The translations under genes and the position numbers were made by a program. Under the pieces are notes generated by a model that saw nothing but the letters and a program-made list of their open reading frames with translations, had not been told where the DNA came from and did no database searches. DNA of 64,000 nucleotides from Nitrososphaerota archaeon (GTDB lineage Archaea; Thermoproteota; Nitrososphaeria; Conexivisphaerales; UBA164): positions 23,001 through 87,000 of the forward strand of contig WYER01000033.1 in the NCBI GenBank assembly GCA_009903795.1. The letters run 5' to 3'. Below, piece after piece: positions 9,814-19,671 of the stretch (within the stretch, counting starts at the first letter, position 1; each line of letters begins with the position of its first letter).

Positions 9814-10404
9814 TTGATGATAGAAGTAGGTAAACCCGCTCCAGATTTTACTGCAAAAGCATTCTTTCCTAGCGAGAAAAAAATAAAGCAAATAAAACTG
9901 AGCGATTATAAAGGGAAATGGGTAGTATTAACTTTCCATCCAGGAGATTTTACTTTTGTATGCGCTACCGATCTCGAAGCTTTTCAGGCATATTACGACA
10001 AATTTAAAGCGCTTAACGCTGAAATTTTGGCAATAAGCGAGGATTCCATATACTCTCACAAGGTTTGGTGGGAAACAAGTCCAAGGGTAAAGAAGGTTAC
10101 GTACCCTCTCGTAGAGGACATACGAAAAGACATCGCTACAGTTTATGGTTTTCTGAACACTGACACAGGAATGACAAAAAGGGGTACAGTTATAATAGAC
10201 CCTGATGGAATAGTTCAATACATATCAGTCTTTAACGATAGACTTGGGAAAGATGTGAGACACGTGCTTAACGCTTTGAAAGGATTAAAGTACATATATG
10301 AGCATCCAGCAAAACCTGAAGAGTTTGATATAATTCCTGCTAACTGGGAAGAAGGACAGCCGGTAATAAAGATCAGAGTACCAGACGACATAGGAAAACT
10401 GTAA
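9814..10404 (+). CDS. Peroxiredoxin (AhpC/Prx1-like, single cysteine)
   Basis: GKPAPDF, PGDFTFVC peroxidatic motif, IIDPDG, PANW. Confidence 0.9.
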   Translation: MMIEVGKPAPDFTAKAFFPSEKKIKQIKLSDYKGKWVVLTFHPGDFTFVCATDLEAFQAYYDKFKALNAEILAISEDSIYSHKVWWETSPRVKKVTYPLVEDIRKDIATVYGFLNTDTGMTKRGTVIIDPDGIVQYISVFNDRLGKDVRHVLNALKGLKYIYEHPAKPEEFDIIPANWEEGQPVIKIRVPDDIGKL

Positions 10405-10442
10405 ATTTATTTTTAAATCTATTTTTTTCTTTATAGTTCACA

Positions 10443-11501
10443 ATGTTATGGTTAATATATACTACTGGGGAGTGTAATCTTAAATGTTCGTACTGTGGTG
10501 GATCTTTTGACCCCAATGTGGTTCCTTGGAGCGTCAAGTATGATCTGAAAGCGCTTAAAGAAAAAATAGAATCTGATCCAGAAGCTGTTATAATATTTTA
10601 TGGTGGAGAACCTTTGCTTAATCCAAATTTTATAATGAATGTAATGGATAATATAAAAGCTAAAAGGTTTGGCATTCAAACAAACGGGACCAATATTCAA
10701 AATCTTCCACAAAGCTACTGGAAAAATATGAACGTAGTCCTGCTTTCTATAGATGGGAAAAAGCAGACTACAGATAGGTTTAGAGGAAAGGGAACTTACG
10801 ATAAAGTTTTAAAAAGCTTTAAGGTTCTGAACTCGATCGGCATAGAAAAAATTATAGCTAGAATGACAGTGACCCAGTATACCGACATATATAAAGATGT
10901 TATGCACCTTTTTTCTGTAGGCTTCAAGTACGTTCACTGGCAGCTTAACGCTGTATGGAGCAAAAGATGGAACATAAAGAGCTGGGCTGAAAGTTCTTAT
11001 ATACCGGGCATAAAAAAGCTCAAGAAAAAATTTTTGAACTACGCTTCGAAAGGTAAAGTTTTGGGTATAATTCCTTTTTTAGGTATACTTTCAGCACATT
11101 ATTTTGAAGGTTATAAAGGTCCGCCATGTGGCGCAGGTTACAGATCAGTTTCAATAACAACGGATGGTAGGGTACTCGCCTGTCCTATAGCAGTTTTTGA
11201 AAAATGGGCAGAACTAGGAAGCGTTAACAAAGGGTTTGTATTAAAAGAAATAGAAATTCCGACAATGTGTAAAACGTGCAAATACTTTAGGTACTGCGGG
11301 GGCAGATGTTTGTACTCATTAATGGAAGGCAGAAACCTATGGCAATCGCTTTATTATGATCTTGATGAAATTACAAGAAAAACTATAGAAGAAGTTATCG
11401 ATATGACAAAGTATTTAGATCGTTACATAAAAAGCGGGATTTTAAACAAGAATTTATTTAAATACGATCCAACGCTGGATTCCACTGAAGTCATACCTTA
11501 G
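10443..11501 (+). CDS. Radical SAM/SPASM domain protein
   Basis: CNLKCSYC, YGGEP, C-terminal CGAG...ACP...CKTC....YCGGRC. Confidence 0.9.
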   Translation: MLWLIYTTGECNLKCSYCGGSFDPNVVPWSVKYDLKALKEKIESDPEAVIIFYGGEPLLNPNFIMNVMDNIKAKRFGIQTNGTNIQNLPQSYWKNMNVVLLSIDGKKQTTDRFRGKGTYDKVLKSFKVLNSIGIEKIIARMTVTQYTDIYKDVMHLFSVGFKYVHWQLNAVWSKRWNIKSWAESSYIPGIKKLKKKFLNYASKGKVLGIIPFLGILSAHYFEGYKGPPCGAGYRSVSITTDGRVLACPIAVFEKWAELGSVNKGFVLKEIEIPTMCKTCKYFRYCGGRCLYSLMEGRNLWQSLYYDLDEITRKTIEEVIDMTKYLDRYIKSGILNKNLFKYDPTLDSTEVIP

Positions 11502-12421
11502 CCATATAGAGCCCCTTGTATCAAAAACGGTAAAATGATTGTTGCATCGCCGTGTATTGTTACATGTTTTCCGCGAGGTTTTATTTTTCCCCATGAGATT
11601 GCCTCCTTTGTAAGCGCGCCGCTAAGGCTTCCATCATACTCATATGCAGTTGTAATGTAAACTGCTATATCAAGTCCATTCCTGAATTGTGACCACCATA
11701 TTGCATGGTGCTTTGAGATGCCTCCGCCAATTATAAGCGCCCCTAGCTTTTTATGAGAATATATAAAATCGGAGATAAGCTGTTCATCCTCAAGAACATC
11801 TATCGTAAAATCCCTATGTGATTGTTTATAAAGCCAAAGCTGATACCCAACAGCTCCATCAGTTATCCCTGGGACTATTACAGGTATCTGATTTTTAAAA
11901 GCCCAGTATAGAAAAGAGGATTCGTTATTTATCATCTTTCCTATATCCCATATAAGTTTATAAGTTGAAGTTTTTTTGATTTGAGAATATTCTGAATTCA
12001 AAAGCTCTTGCATCTTTTTTTCTATTAAAGGACCATAATTTTCTAATGGGATAAATACATTTCCTAGCCTATGAATTCCAATTTTTCTTAGTTTTACATC
12101 ATCTTCAAAATATGAACCCTTATAGTAATCTGAAAAGCTTCTAGCTATATCATGGTCTAGTGCTCCGCATGTTGTTATTATAAGGTCAAATTTTTTTAAT
12201 TTTATTAGCTGCGTTATCACGCCTCTAAGTCCAGTCGCTATTATATCAGCCGGGAATGTCAAGATTTTTCCATAATCTCCTTTAAAAAGCTCTTTTAGAT
12301 AATCCAAGGCTTCACCCATCTCTCTACCTGAGAATCCTCCCGCTTTGGACATCTTTTTCAATAAACTGAACGGAACGTCATTTTTTTCAAGAACTATATC
12401 TTTAACAGGTTCTCTTTGCAT
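11498..12421 (-). CDS. dys: Deoxyhypusine synthase
   Basis: RLGNVFIP, PGITDG, GGGISKH, DGSLSGA...EAISWGK. Confidence 0.95.
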   Translation of the reverse strand: MQREPVKDIVLEKNDVPFSLLKKMSKAGGFSGREMGEALDYLKELFKGDYGKILTFPADIIATGLRGVITQLIKLKKFDLIITTCGALDHDIARSFSDYYKGSYFEDDVKLRKIGIHRLGNVFIPLENYGPLIEKKMQELLNSEYSQIKKTSTYKLIWDIGKMINNESSFLYWAFKNQIPVIVPGITDGAVGYQLWLYKQSHRDFTIDVLEDEQLISDFIYSHKKLGALIIGGGISKHHAIWWSQFRNGLDIAVYITTAYEYDGSLSGALTKEAISWGKIKPRGKHVTIHGDATIILPFLIQGALYG

Positions 12422-12597
12422 ATGATAACTTTGATAATTATTTACATATTAATGTAGCGTTTGTTATGATCATTATAGATTTTTACGATTTAGTAAATAA
12501 TTATGCATCTCAGAGTAAAATGTTTGGAAAAGTAAAAAGAAGTTAAAAATTGGAAATCTCTAAAAAGTTTATAAACGACAACCATATGAGCGTTATT

Positions 12598-12765
12598 ATG
12601 CCTATAGCTGATCCAGTTAAAAGGCAGATAGCAGTTCAAAGAAAATTAATGCATAAAATATGCATGAAGTGCGGAGCTAAAAACTCAATTTCTGCGGTAA
12701 GATGCAGAAAGTGCGGAAGTAAAGCTTTAAGGCTTCAGAACAGAGAATTAGGAGCTAAGAAGTAA
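12598..12765 (+). CDS. rpl40e: Ribosomal protein eL40
   Basis: KICMKCGAKN...RCRKC Zn ribbon; TTTATAAA about 23 nt upstream of ATG 12598. Confidence 0.93.
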   Translation: MPIADPVKRQIAVQRKLMHKICMKCGAKNSISAVRCRKCGSKALRLQNRELGAKK

Positions 12766-12766
12766 A

Positions 12767-14806
12767 GTGTTAGGGGCCGGTGGTGTAGCCTGGTCAGCAC
12801 ACCGCCTTGACGCGGCGGAGGTCGCCGGTTCGAATCCGGCCCGGCCCATTTTAATAATAGCAGAGAAAAACGATGCTGCAAAAAGAATAGCATTTGCGCT
12901 CGATCCTTCTTATAAAAAGCTTTCTGTGGACGGAGTCCCCGTTTACACAGGTTTATGGAATTCTACAAAGATTTATGTAATACCAGCAAGGGGGCATATT
13001 TATACTTTAAAAACAGACGTTGCAGAGCTGAGTCTATTTCCAGTATTAGACGTCGAATGGGTTCCGGTAGCAGATGGCTACGTTGTAAAACTTTTGAATG
13101 TGATAAAAAAATTCATTAAAGAATCATCAGAAATTATTATAGCGTGTGACTATGACATTGAAGGCGAAACCATAGGATATAACATAGTAAAGTATAACGG
13201 AGGCTTTGAAAAGATCGTTAAAAGGGCTAAGTTTTCGACATTAACGGTAGAAGAGTTAAAGCAAAGCTTTAACAGCCTTTTGTCGCGAGAAAAATGGCTT
13301 ATGGCCGACGCAGGAAGAACAAGACATTATATTGATTATATATGGGGTATAAGCCTTTCCCGCCTTTTAATGAATGAGGTAAGGCGCAGTACAGGTAAAA
13401 GTTTAAGTCTGAGCATAGGCAGGGTACAGGGCCCTACTTTAATTGAAATTTATAACAGGGAATCAGAAATAAATTCATACGTACCAAAACCATACTGGAA
13501 GTTTAAAGCTATAGGCGAACTTAGGGGCCAGAAATTCGAACTTTCAGGTCCAAATTTAAAAAGCGTAGACGAAGTTGAAGTTGCAAAAAAATTAAAGGGA
13601 AAATACGGCAAAGTTGTCTTTTTTGATAAAGACATTGAAGAAATCAAACCTCCTTATCCTTTTAATCTTTCAGACCTGCAAAAAGAAGCGTACAGACTTT
13701 TTGGAATTCAACCTTGGGAATCGCTTTCAATTTTGGAGAAATTGTATCTAAGTGCCCTTATATCTTATCCTAGAACAAGTTCTCAGAAATTGCCGCCTAC
13801 AATAAATTATAGATCTATACTTTCAAAACTCGGACAAAGATATAAAGAAGCAGGAAACGTCTCAAGGTCTCATCCTGTAGAGGGACCTATGGATGACCCC
13901 GCGCATCCCGCAATATACCCAACAGGTGAACTGCAACATTTAACAGGCAGCGAGTATAAGATTTATGATCTTGTTGCAAGAAGATTCATAAGTTCTTTTT
14001 ACAGGAACGTCAGAGTTGCGAAAAAGTACATAAAAGTCAGGGCAGATGGGTTTGACTTAGAAGCTGACGGAGCTGCCGTGATCGATAAGGGATGGCTGGA
14101 AGTTTATCCTTTTAGGGAAATAAGGGAGAAAAGCATACCAGATGCTGCAATTGGTGAAGAAATCTTGATAAAAGATGTTAATGTAGAACTAACTTTTACT
14201 AAACCCCCTTCAAGATATACTCCGTCTAGCCTCCTCGAATGGATGGAGACTAACGAGATAGGTACAAAGGCTACAAGGGCGGAGATAATAAAAACGCTTT
14301 ACAAAAGGGGATACATAAGGGGCAACAAGATAGAAATAACAGAGCTAGGATTTAGCGTAGCTAGATACTTTAGTTTTTCTCAGATAATAACTCTCGAGAT
14401 GACAAGAAAGCTCGAAAAATCTTTGGAAGACATTGAATTTGGAAAAGCTTATCCAAGTGAAATACTTAAAGAGAGCGCAATGTTTCTAATAGAAGAATTA
14501 AAAAAAGCTAAATACACAGAGGAGATGGTAGAACTTACAAAAAAGTACTTGGCAGCTGGAACCGGCGAATCATTTGGAAAATGTCCAGTATGCGGCAAAG
14601 GCGATTTGATACTACATGTATCCCAGGCAGGAAAAAGATATTTAAAATGCAGTGTGTGCGGGGCATCTGCTCCTCTTCCACGAAAAGGAAAGCTCGCATC
14701 TGCAAAGAAAAACTGTAGCTATTGCGGATGGCCCTTGATAAAAAGAGGTGATTGGGTGTTTTGTCCAAATCCGAATTGCCCAAGCAGCAAGCTAAAAAAT
14801 GCATAG
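12767..14806 (+). CDS. topA: Type IA DNA topoisomerase with C-terminal Zn ribbons; start uncertain (GTG 12767 or non-canonical ATT 12848)
   Basis: IIAEK TOPRIM, CDYDIEGE, SIGRVQGPTL, ISYPRT catalytic Tyr, AHPAIYPT, IGTKATRA. Confidence 0.93.
   Translation: MLGAGGVAWSAHRLDAAEVAGSNPARPILIIAEKNDAAKRIAFALDPSYKKLSVDGVPVYTGLWNSTKIYVIPARGHIYTLKTDVAELSLFPVLDVEWVPVADGYVVKLLNVIKKFIKESSEIIIACDYDIEGETIGYNIVKYNGGFEKIVKRAKFSTLTVEELKQSFNSLLSREKWLMADAGRTRHYIDYIWGISLSRLLMNEVRRSTGKSLSLSIGRVQGPTLIEIYNRESEINSYVPKPYWKFKAIGELRGQKFELSGPNLKSVDEVEVAKKLKGKYGKVVFFDKDIEEIKPPYPFNLSDLQKEAYRLFGIQPWESLSILEKLYLSALISYPRTSSQKLPPTINYRSILSKLGQRYKEAGNVSRSHPVEGPMDDPAHPAIYPTGELQHLTGSEYKIYDLVARRFISSFYRNVRVAKKYIKVRADGFDLEADGAAVIDKGWLEVYPFREIREKSIPDAAIGEEILIKDVNVELTFTKPPSRYTPSSLLEWMETNEIGTKATRAEIIKTLYKRGYIRGNKIEITELGFSVARYFSFSQIITLEMTRKLEKSLEDIEFGKAYPSEILKESAMFLIEELKKAKYTEEMVELTKKYLAAGTGESFGKCPVCGKGDLILHVSQAGKRYLKCSVCGASAPLPRKGKLASAKKNCSYCGWPLIKRGDWVFCPNPNCPSSKLKNA
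12774..12848 (+). tRNA. tRNA-Val(GAC)
   Basis: Cloverleaf: GGGCCGG/CCGGCCC acceptor, CCGCC-TTGACGC-GGCGG anticodon arm, GCCGG-TTCGAAT-CCGGC T arm, discriminator A, no encoded CCA. Confidence 0.95.
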
Positions 14807-15030
14807 TTTGTGGATCTTATTCTGAAGAAGGGTTATTGTGTTTTAAACACAAAACGGCCGCGAAGAGTCTAACTGAAGGTTATAAATACTGGAAAGAAGC
14901 TTTTAACATCTCTTTTAATGAATATTTGAAAGAAGTAAGAAAAAGGTCTGAAACGGGGACTTGGGTTAAAGAGATAATTGATTATGTCATTGCTTCTAAT
15001 GATTTTAATATACTTTTAGAGACTTGTTAA
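14752..15030 (+). CDS. Small hypothetical protein, possibly Zn-binding (CxxC...CxxH)
   Basis: Overlaps topA 3' end; GAGGTGA at 14745 suggests TTG 14761 as start. Confidence 0.6.
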   Translation: MGVLSKSELPKQQAKKCIVCGSYSEEGLLCFKHKTAAKSLTEGYKYWKEAFNISFNEYLKEVRKRSETGTWVKEIIDYVIASNDFNILLETC

Positions 15031-15046
15031 CTTTAGATTTATAAAC

Positions 15047-15149
15047 CAGTACTCCCGCAAGTACAGCATTTCAATTATAATTAGCAATACAATTGTTGAT
15101 TTTTTGTTTTTGATTAACTATTGGTTTAATACCATATAGCTTTGTTTTT
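15047..15149 (+). mobile_element. ISH3-like (IS4 group) element end, copy 1
   Basis: Begins CAGTACTCCCGCAAG; about 100 bp alignable by eye with the reverse complement of 59815-59911; lies downstream of the transposase fragment. Confidence 0.65.
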
Positions 15150-15255
15150 GGTCAAATTTTGGCCCTTAGCTTATAGTTCAAACTAAGGACCTCATATTAG
15201 CTTATTTAATTTCTTATTCAGGAGGCCCCAGTCCGCTTACTATTATTATTTCCAT

Positions 15256-15396
15256 TTAAACAATATGCTTGAAAAAGTACACTGTTATGGCTGTTCTTTG
15301 GACTTCAACCCTAGTTAGTATCCATAAGTTGTAGAGAATTATGGAGAGCATGAAGTATATAACCCTTAGCGTGAAGTTCCTGCAAGCTGTCTTAGC
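15256..15396 (-). pseudogene. ISH3-family transposase C-terminal fragment
   Basis: AKTACRNFTLRVIYFMLSIILYNLWIL resembles the ISH3 transposase C-terminal signature; preceded by an in-frame stop. Confidence 0.7.
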
Positions 15397-15518
15397 TTAA
15401 CAGTTAACTACAATACTGCATGACGTTTTTAAATTAAGATATTGCTCATATGTTAAACTTTTACCCATTTTGAAAAACTAGGACATAAAAATTCAGTTTA
15501 TTAAAGAGCAATCAATCT

Positions 15519-16262
15519 CTACGTTTTTATTCTACCGTACAAGATCTTATATTCCTCTTTCGTTAATGCAGGTACCTCATATTTCCTTGTGAACAAGTAC
15601 TTAGTAAATATTTTAGTATTTGCTTCAGCTCTTAGGAATGATGGGAAGTGCAGAATAACGTTCCTTATAGTGTTCTTGACTATATGGCCCTTGTTCATGA
15701 ACCTTATTTCAAAACCTCTTTCCTTCAGAATTTCGGGTATTTTCCTCACGTTCTCTTTACCATGAAGTTCCATTGCTATTTCTCTCACATGGTTTAACCA
15801 GTCTCCTTTCACTACTTTGCCTTCAGCCCCTTCAATGTCCATCTTAACTACGCTGAATTTCCCTAAAGATTCTATAGTAGTAGTTTCAACTTCAATTCCT
15901 TCATCTGATAACCTTGATCCTGTGCCTTCATCGCTTATATTCAATTTAACTCCATCAACGGAGTAAAGTGCCTTATTGACTAGTACAACGTTTTTTAGTT
16001 GATTGATTTCTACGTTTTCCTTCAATATTTTGAAAGCCCAAGGCAAAGGTTCTACTGCTACCACTTCCTTAGCTTTTCTTGCCACCTTTACAGTGTAGTC
16101 TCCTACAAAAGCTCCAGCGTCAAGCACAACGTCAGTGTTTTTCACGTTCAGGAAATCCCACTCGCCTGCAATGAAAGTTGCGTAGTAAACGAACTCGTAT
16201 CCTTTAGGTATCTCTATCCTTAAGCCTCCGTAACTGAATAAGCTCACAATATGAAATAACAT
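15519..16262 (-). CDS. FkbM-family SAM-dependent methyltransferase
   Basis: VLDAGAFVG, VAVEP, VKMDIEGAE, ELH. Confidence 0.88.
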   Translation of the reverse strand: MLFHIVSLFSYGGLRIEIPKGYEFVYYATFIAGEWDFLNVKNTDVVLDAGAFVGDYTVKVARKAKEVVAVEPLPWAFKILKENVEINQLKNVVLVNKALYSVDGVKLNISDEGTGSRLSDEGIEVETTTIESLGKFSVVKMDIEGAEGKVVKGDWLNHVREIAMELHGKENVRKIPEILKERGFEIRFMNKGHIVKNTIRNVILHFPSFLRAEANTKIFTKYLFTRKYEVPALTKEEYKILYGRIKT

Positions 16263-16649
16263 AAGGAATATTAAAACTTATTGATATAGGGGCAATGATT
16301 GCTGCGGCAACAGCTACGGTGGCAATACCGCTGTCGTTATTTAGAGGAAAGATAGGGAAGTCTGTTAGCTAGGTACTTCCATCATATGAGATCTAGGTTC
16401 CCTTTTGTTTCAAATGTCCAAGGTAGTTTTATTACTTATTAGACGTCCATGAAGCTGCAGAGCGCAGGCAAGGGCAGGAGGGCACAGTATGCAGGCATGT
16501 TCATGTATTTATCATAAATTTTGAAAAAATAGCAAACCTTCTTGCGGAATCAGTGCTAAAAGGCATTGATGTATAGTCAAAAATACAGATAACTTCTAAT
16601 GTAATATTATAAAAAGCAGTCCCTGAAGCATTCTCAGACGGGATAGAGG

Positions 16650-17132
16650 TTCTTCAAGCTCTAAACGAAGTGATCAGCTCGGCCCACCCGCACGCATCTA
16701 CGTACCATAGAGTTCCATCCGTGTATACTGGCTTCTTTCCGTACTTTTTAATCAGCCTGATGATGAAATGATATGCATCCAGCGAGTTCTGGTTCCAGCT
16801 AATGTGAAAAAGAATGCTTGGGGTTGGGCTCAAACGCAACCAATAACCACGCTTTCCTTCAGCTTTTTATTTCTGTCTCATCTATGAATATAACTTTCGC
16901 GTATTTCTTATCTGCATCAAAAGAATCAAGCACAAAGGAATGTTTCTGTATCCATTTTCAAACGGCAACATGGCTCTTCTTTATTATCAGCTCAAGTGCA
17001 TGGGAAGCTTTTCTTAAGCTCAAACTTGAGAAATAAGGCATAGAAGATAATTGTTGTTGGGTATTTTTTCTGGTTTGCACAATCATTTGCCAGAAAGTGC
17101 CAGCTAGAAATAAGCCTTAAGTTAACGCCACC
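16650..17132 (-). mobile_element. IS6-family element remnant (transposase pseudogene plus one terminal IR)
   Basis: Fragments KSHVAV*KWIQK and KYGKKPVYTDGTLWY..AC; GGTGGCGTTAACTTA end at 17132; internal stops and frameshifts. Confidence 0.75.
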
Positions 17133-17181
17133 GTTAAAAATGGGAAAGGGTTTTTTAATAGCAGATAAAAATTAGAAAACG

Positions 17182-17574
17182 ATGCCCAGAGAAAGCAAGG
17201 AAGACGATCTGATAAGCCTTGTTTATAAGCTTGTAATTGAAAGCGGTGACAAAGGTATTCTTCAGAGTGAACTTTGGAAAAAGTTGAACCTTACTAGCAG
17301 GGATGGATCTAGGATAGCTACAAGGTTAGAAAAAAGAAAGCTGATCAAAAGAGAAAGAGTGTTAGAAGATGGTAGATGGACCTACAGGATAAAACCCCTT
17401 CTTATACCCTTAAGCGTCGAAAGCATAGCAGATGCTCCGTGTATTACGTGTCCCCTGTTTTCAAAATGTTACGATGAAGGAGAAATTTCTCCAAGAACCT
17501 GCACTAAAATAGAAAGGTGGGTAATGTCTGAATATCAACAACACCTTGTTTCGGTAAGGAAAAATGAGACCTGA
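17182..17574 (+). CDS. Transcription factor TFE-beta (RPC34/hRPC39 homologue; wHTH + Fe-S domain)
   Basis: GILQSELWK wHTH plus PCITCP...C......PRTC Cys cluster. Confidence 0.82.
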   Translation: MPRESKEDDLISLVYKLVIESGDKGILQSELWKKLNLTSRDGSRIATRLEKRKLIKRERVLEDGRWTYRIKPLLIPLSVESIADAPCITCPLFSKCYDEGEISPRTCTKIERWVMSEYQQHLVSVRKNET

Positions 17575-18148
17575 AGACGCAAAGAGGGATCATTACCGAA
17601 AGATGGCCAAAAGGGCCGGTTATGTTAGTAGGGCAGCATTTAAAATAATAGAATTAAATAAAAAGTATGGAATATTTAAAACCGGTCAAAGGGTTCTCGA
17701 TCTAGGGGCTTCTCCTGGTGGATGGTCTCAAGTTGTTTCAAAACTCGTTGGGCCTGAAGGGGAAGTTTATGCTGTAGATAAAAGACCCCTTAAAATCGAG
17801 TTAGAAAACGTTAAGTTTTTACAAATAGATATATTAAACGATAGAATTGATCTAAGCAACTTTGACGTAGTCATCTCTGACCTTGCTCCGAACGTTTCAG
17901 GAGTTTGGGAGCATGATCAGTACGTACAGATACAGCTAGCTAAAAGAGCGTTAGAAATAGCGGAGTCAACCTTAAGAAGAGGGGGTAACTTTGTTTGCAA
18001 GATCTTTGACGGCGAAGGTGTAAACGATATTGTAAATAGAGCCAGAAAGGAGTTTGGATTCGTAAAGCTTACAAAACCTAAAGCAAGCCGAAAAGAAAGC
18101 AGCGAACTTTATCTTGTTTGTAAAAATTATTTAAGGGGGAGTTCCTAA
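17564..18148 (+). CDS. rlmE: 23S rRNA Um2552 2'-O-methyltransferase (RlmE/FtsJ)
   Basis: GYVSRAAFK, DLGASPGGWSQ, SDLAP, KPKASRKESSE. Confidence 0.94.
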   Translation: MRPEDAKRDHYRKMAKRAGYVSRAAFKIIELNKKYGIFKTGQRVLDLGASPGGWSQVVSKLVGPEGEVYAVDKRPLKIELENVKFLQIDILNDRIDLSNFDVVISDLAPNVSGVWEHDQYVQIQLAKRALEIAESTLRRGGNFVCKIFDGEGVNDIVNRARKEFGFVKLTKPKASRKESSELYLVCKNYLRGSS

Positions 18149-18160
18149 ACATATAGCTAT

Positions 18161-19492
18161 ATGGACGAGTATGAGTTTGCAAAAGAAAAATACGAAAAAG
18201 TGTTTGAATTATTAGAAGAACACCATAGATGGTTTTCTGAGGCTTTAACTCTTATAGCGTCAGAAAACGTTCCAAGTGAAGCTGTCAAAGAAGCAATTAT
18301 TACCGATTTTATGTCAAGGTATGCTGAAGGCTGGCCAGGTGACAGAGTTTATGCAGGATGTAAATACATAGATCAGGTAGAGCTTACAGCAATCGAGCTT
18401 GGCAAAAAGCTATTTGAAGCAGAACATGTAGATGTTAGGCCCATAGCAGGTGTTACTGCAAACCTTTCTGTTTACACAGCTTTTACGGAGCCCGGTGATA
18501 CAATAGTATCTTTGGCGATACCTAATGGAGGTCATATAACTTACGGCAAAAAAGAACTGGGTGGAACTGCAGGAGCTGTAAGAGGGCTTAACGTTGAAAA
18601 CTTTCCTTTTGATCCTGAAGAGATGAACATAGACGTAGATAAGACTAAAACTATGATTGAAAAGTTGAAAAGCGCTGGGAAAAAGCCAAAAATGGTTGTA
18701 TTTGGAGGCTCACTTTTCTTATTTCCGCATCCAATAAAAGACCTCGCGCCATATTTAAAATCAGAAGGCATATTTATAATGTACGATGGAGCACATGTGC
18801 TCGGGCTTATAGCAGGTGGCGAATTTCAACAACCCCTTAAAGAGGGAGCAGACGTTATGACAGGAAGCACGCACAAAACTTTACCAGGCCCTCAAGGAGG
18901 GGTAATAGCGAGTTTTGAAATATATGCAGAAAAATTGAAGAACGCAGTATTTCCTAGCAACGTATCTAACCATCATTTACATCACGTTGCGGGAAAAGCC
19001 ATAGCTTTCGCTGAAATGTTGGCTTTTGGGAAACAATACGCTAAAGATGTTATTAGAAATGCTCAAAAATTAGCAGAAGCGCTAGCAGAAAAGGGGTTTA
19101 AAGTGCTTGGCGAGAAACATGGATACACAAAATCTCATCAAGTAGTTATAGATGTATGGGATTTCGGCGGTGGAGGAGTTGTTGAGAAAGAACTTGAAGA
19201 AGCTAACATAATAGTAAATAGAAACCTGATTCCAGGGGATATTAAATCAGGAAGACATTTTAAGAACCCAGGCGGGATAAGAATGGGCGTTCAAGAAATA
19301 ACTAGGCTTGGAATGGGGCCTTCTGAAATGGAAGAAATAGCAGAATTGCTTTACAGAGTTATAGTAAAGAAAGAGGATAAAGCCGAAATTAAGAAAAGGA
19401 TAAAAGAGCTCAAAACGCAATTCCCAAAAGTCAAGTATGCATTTGAAAGCAAAAGAGACGCATATGAATATATAAAAATAAGGTTAAAATAA
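18161..19492 (+). CDS. glyA: Serine hydroxymethyltransferase
   Basis: LIASEN, RYAEG, YDGAH, STHKTLPGPQGG. Confidence 0.97.
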   Translation: MDEYEFAKEKYEKVFELLEEHHRWFSEALTLIASENVPSEAVKEAIITDFMSRYAEGWPGDRVYAGCKYIDQVELTAIELGKKLFEAEHVDVRPIAGVTANLSVYTAFTEPGDTIVSLAIPNGGHITYGKKELGGTAGAVRGLNVENFPFDPEEMNIDVDKTKTMIEKLKSAGKKPKMVVFGGSLFLFPHPIKDLAPYLKSEGIFIMYDGAHVLGLIAGGEFQQPLKEGADVMTGSTHKTLPGPQGGVIASFEIYAEKLKNAVFPSNVSNHHLHHVAGKAIAFAEMLAFGKQYAKDVIRNAQKLAEALAEKGFKVLGEKHGYTKSHQVVIDVWDFGGGGVVEKELEEANIIVNRNLIPGDIKSGRHFKNPGGIRMGVQEITRLGMGPSEMEEIAELLYRVIVKKEDKAEIKKRIKELKTQFPKVKYAFESKRDAYEYIKIRLK

Positions 19493-19517
19493 AAAAATAA
19501 ATTAATTAAAATAATAG

Positions 19518-19575
19518 CGATGATGATCTGGGCTGAGCTCTGAGGTTACTATGAGGAGGAAGCCCGCGTCTGATT
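19518..19575 (+). ncRNA. C/D box guide sRNA
   Basis: Box C ATGATGA 19520-26, D' CTGA 19540-43, C' ATGAGGA 19551-57, D CTGA 19570-73; 13- and 12-nt GC-rich guides in an AT-rich spacer. Confidence 0.85.
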
Positions 19576-19671
19576 TCTATTTTTCAATGGAAAGTACGGT
19601 TTAAAACTAATTTTTCAGAAGTGTAACTTTTAAGAAAAGGTTATCATTAGTTTATATAACTACTATTAGAC

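Noticed and set aside
16290-16520. Short GC-richer ORF-like snippets between FkbM and the IS6 remnant
   Set aside because: Too short to assign; probably decayed gene fragments
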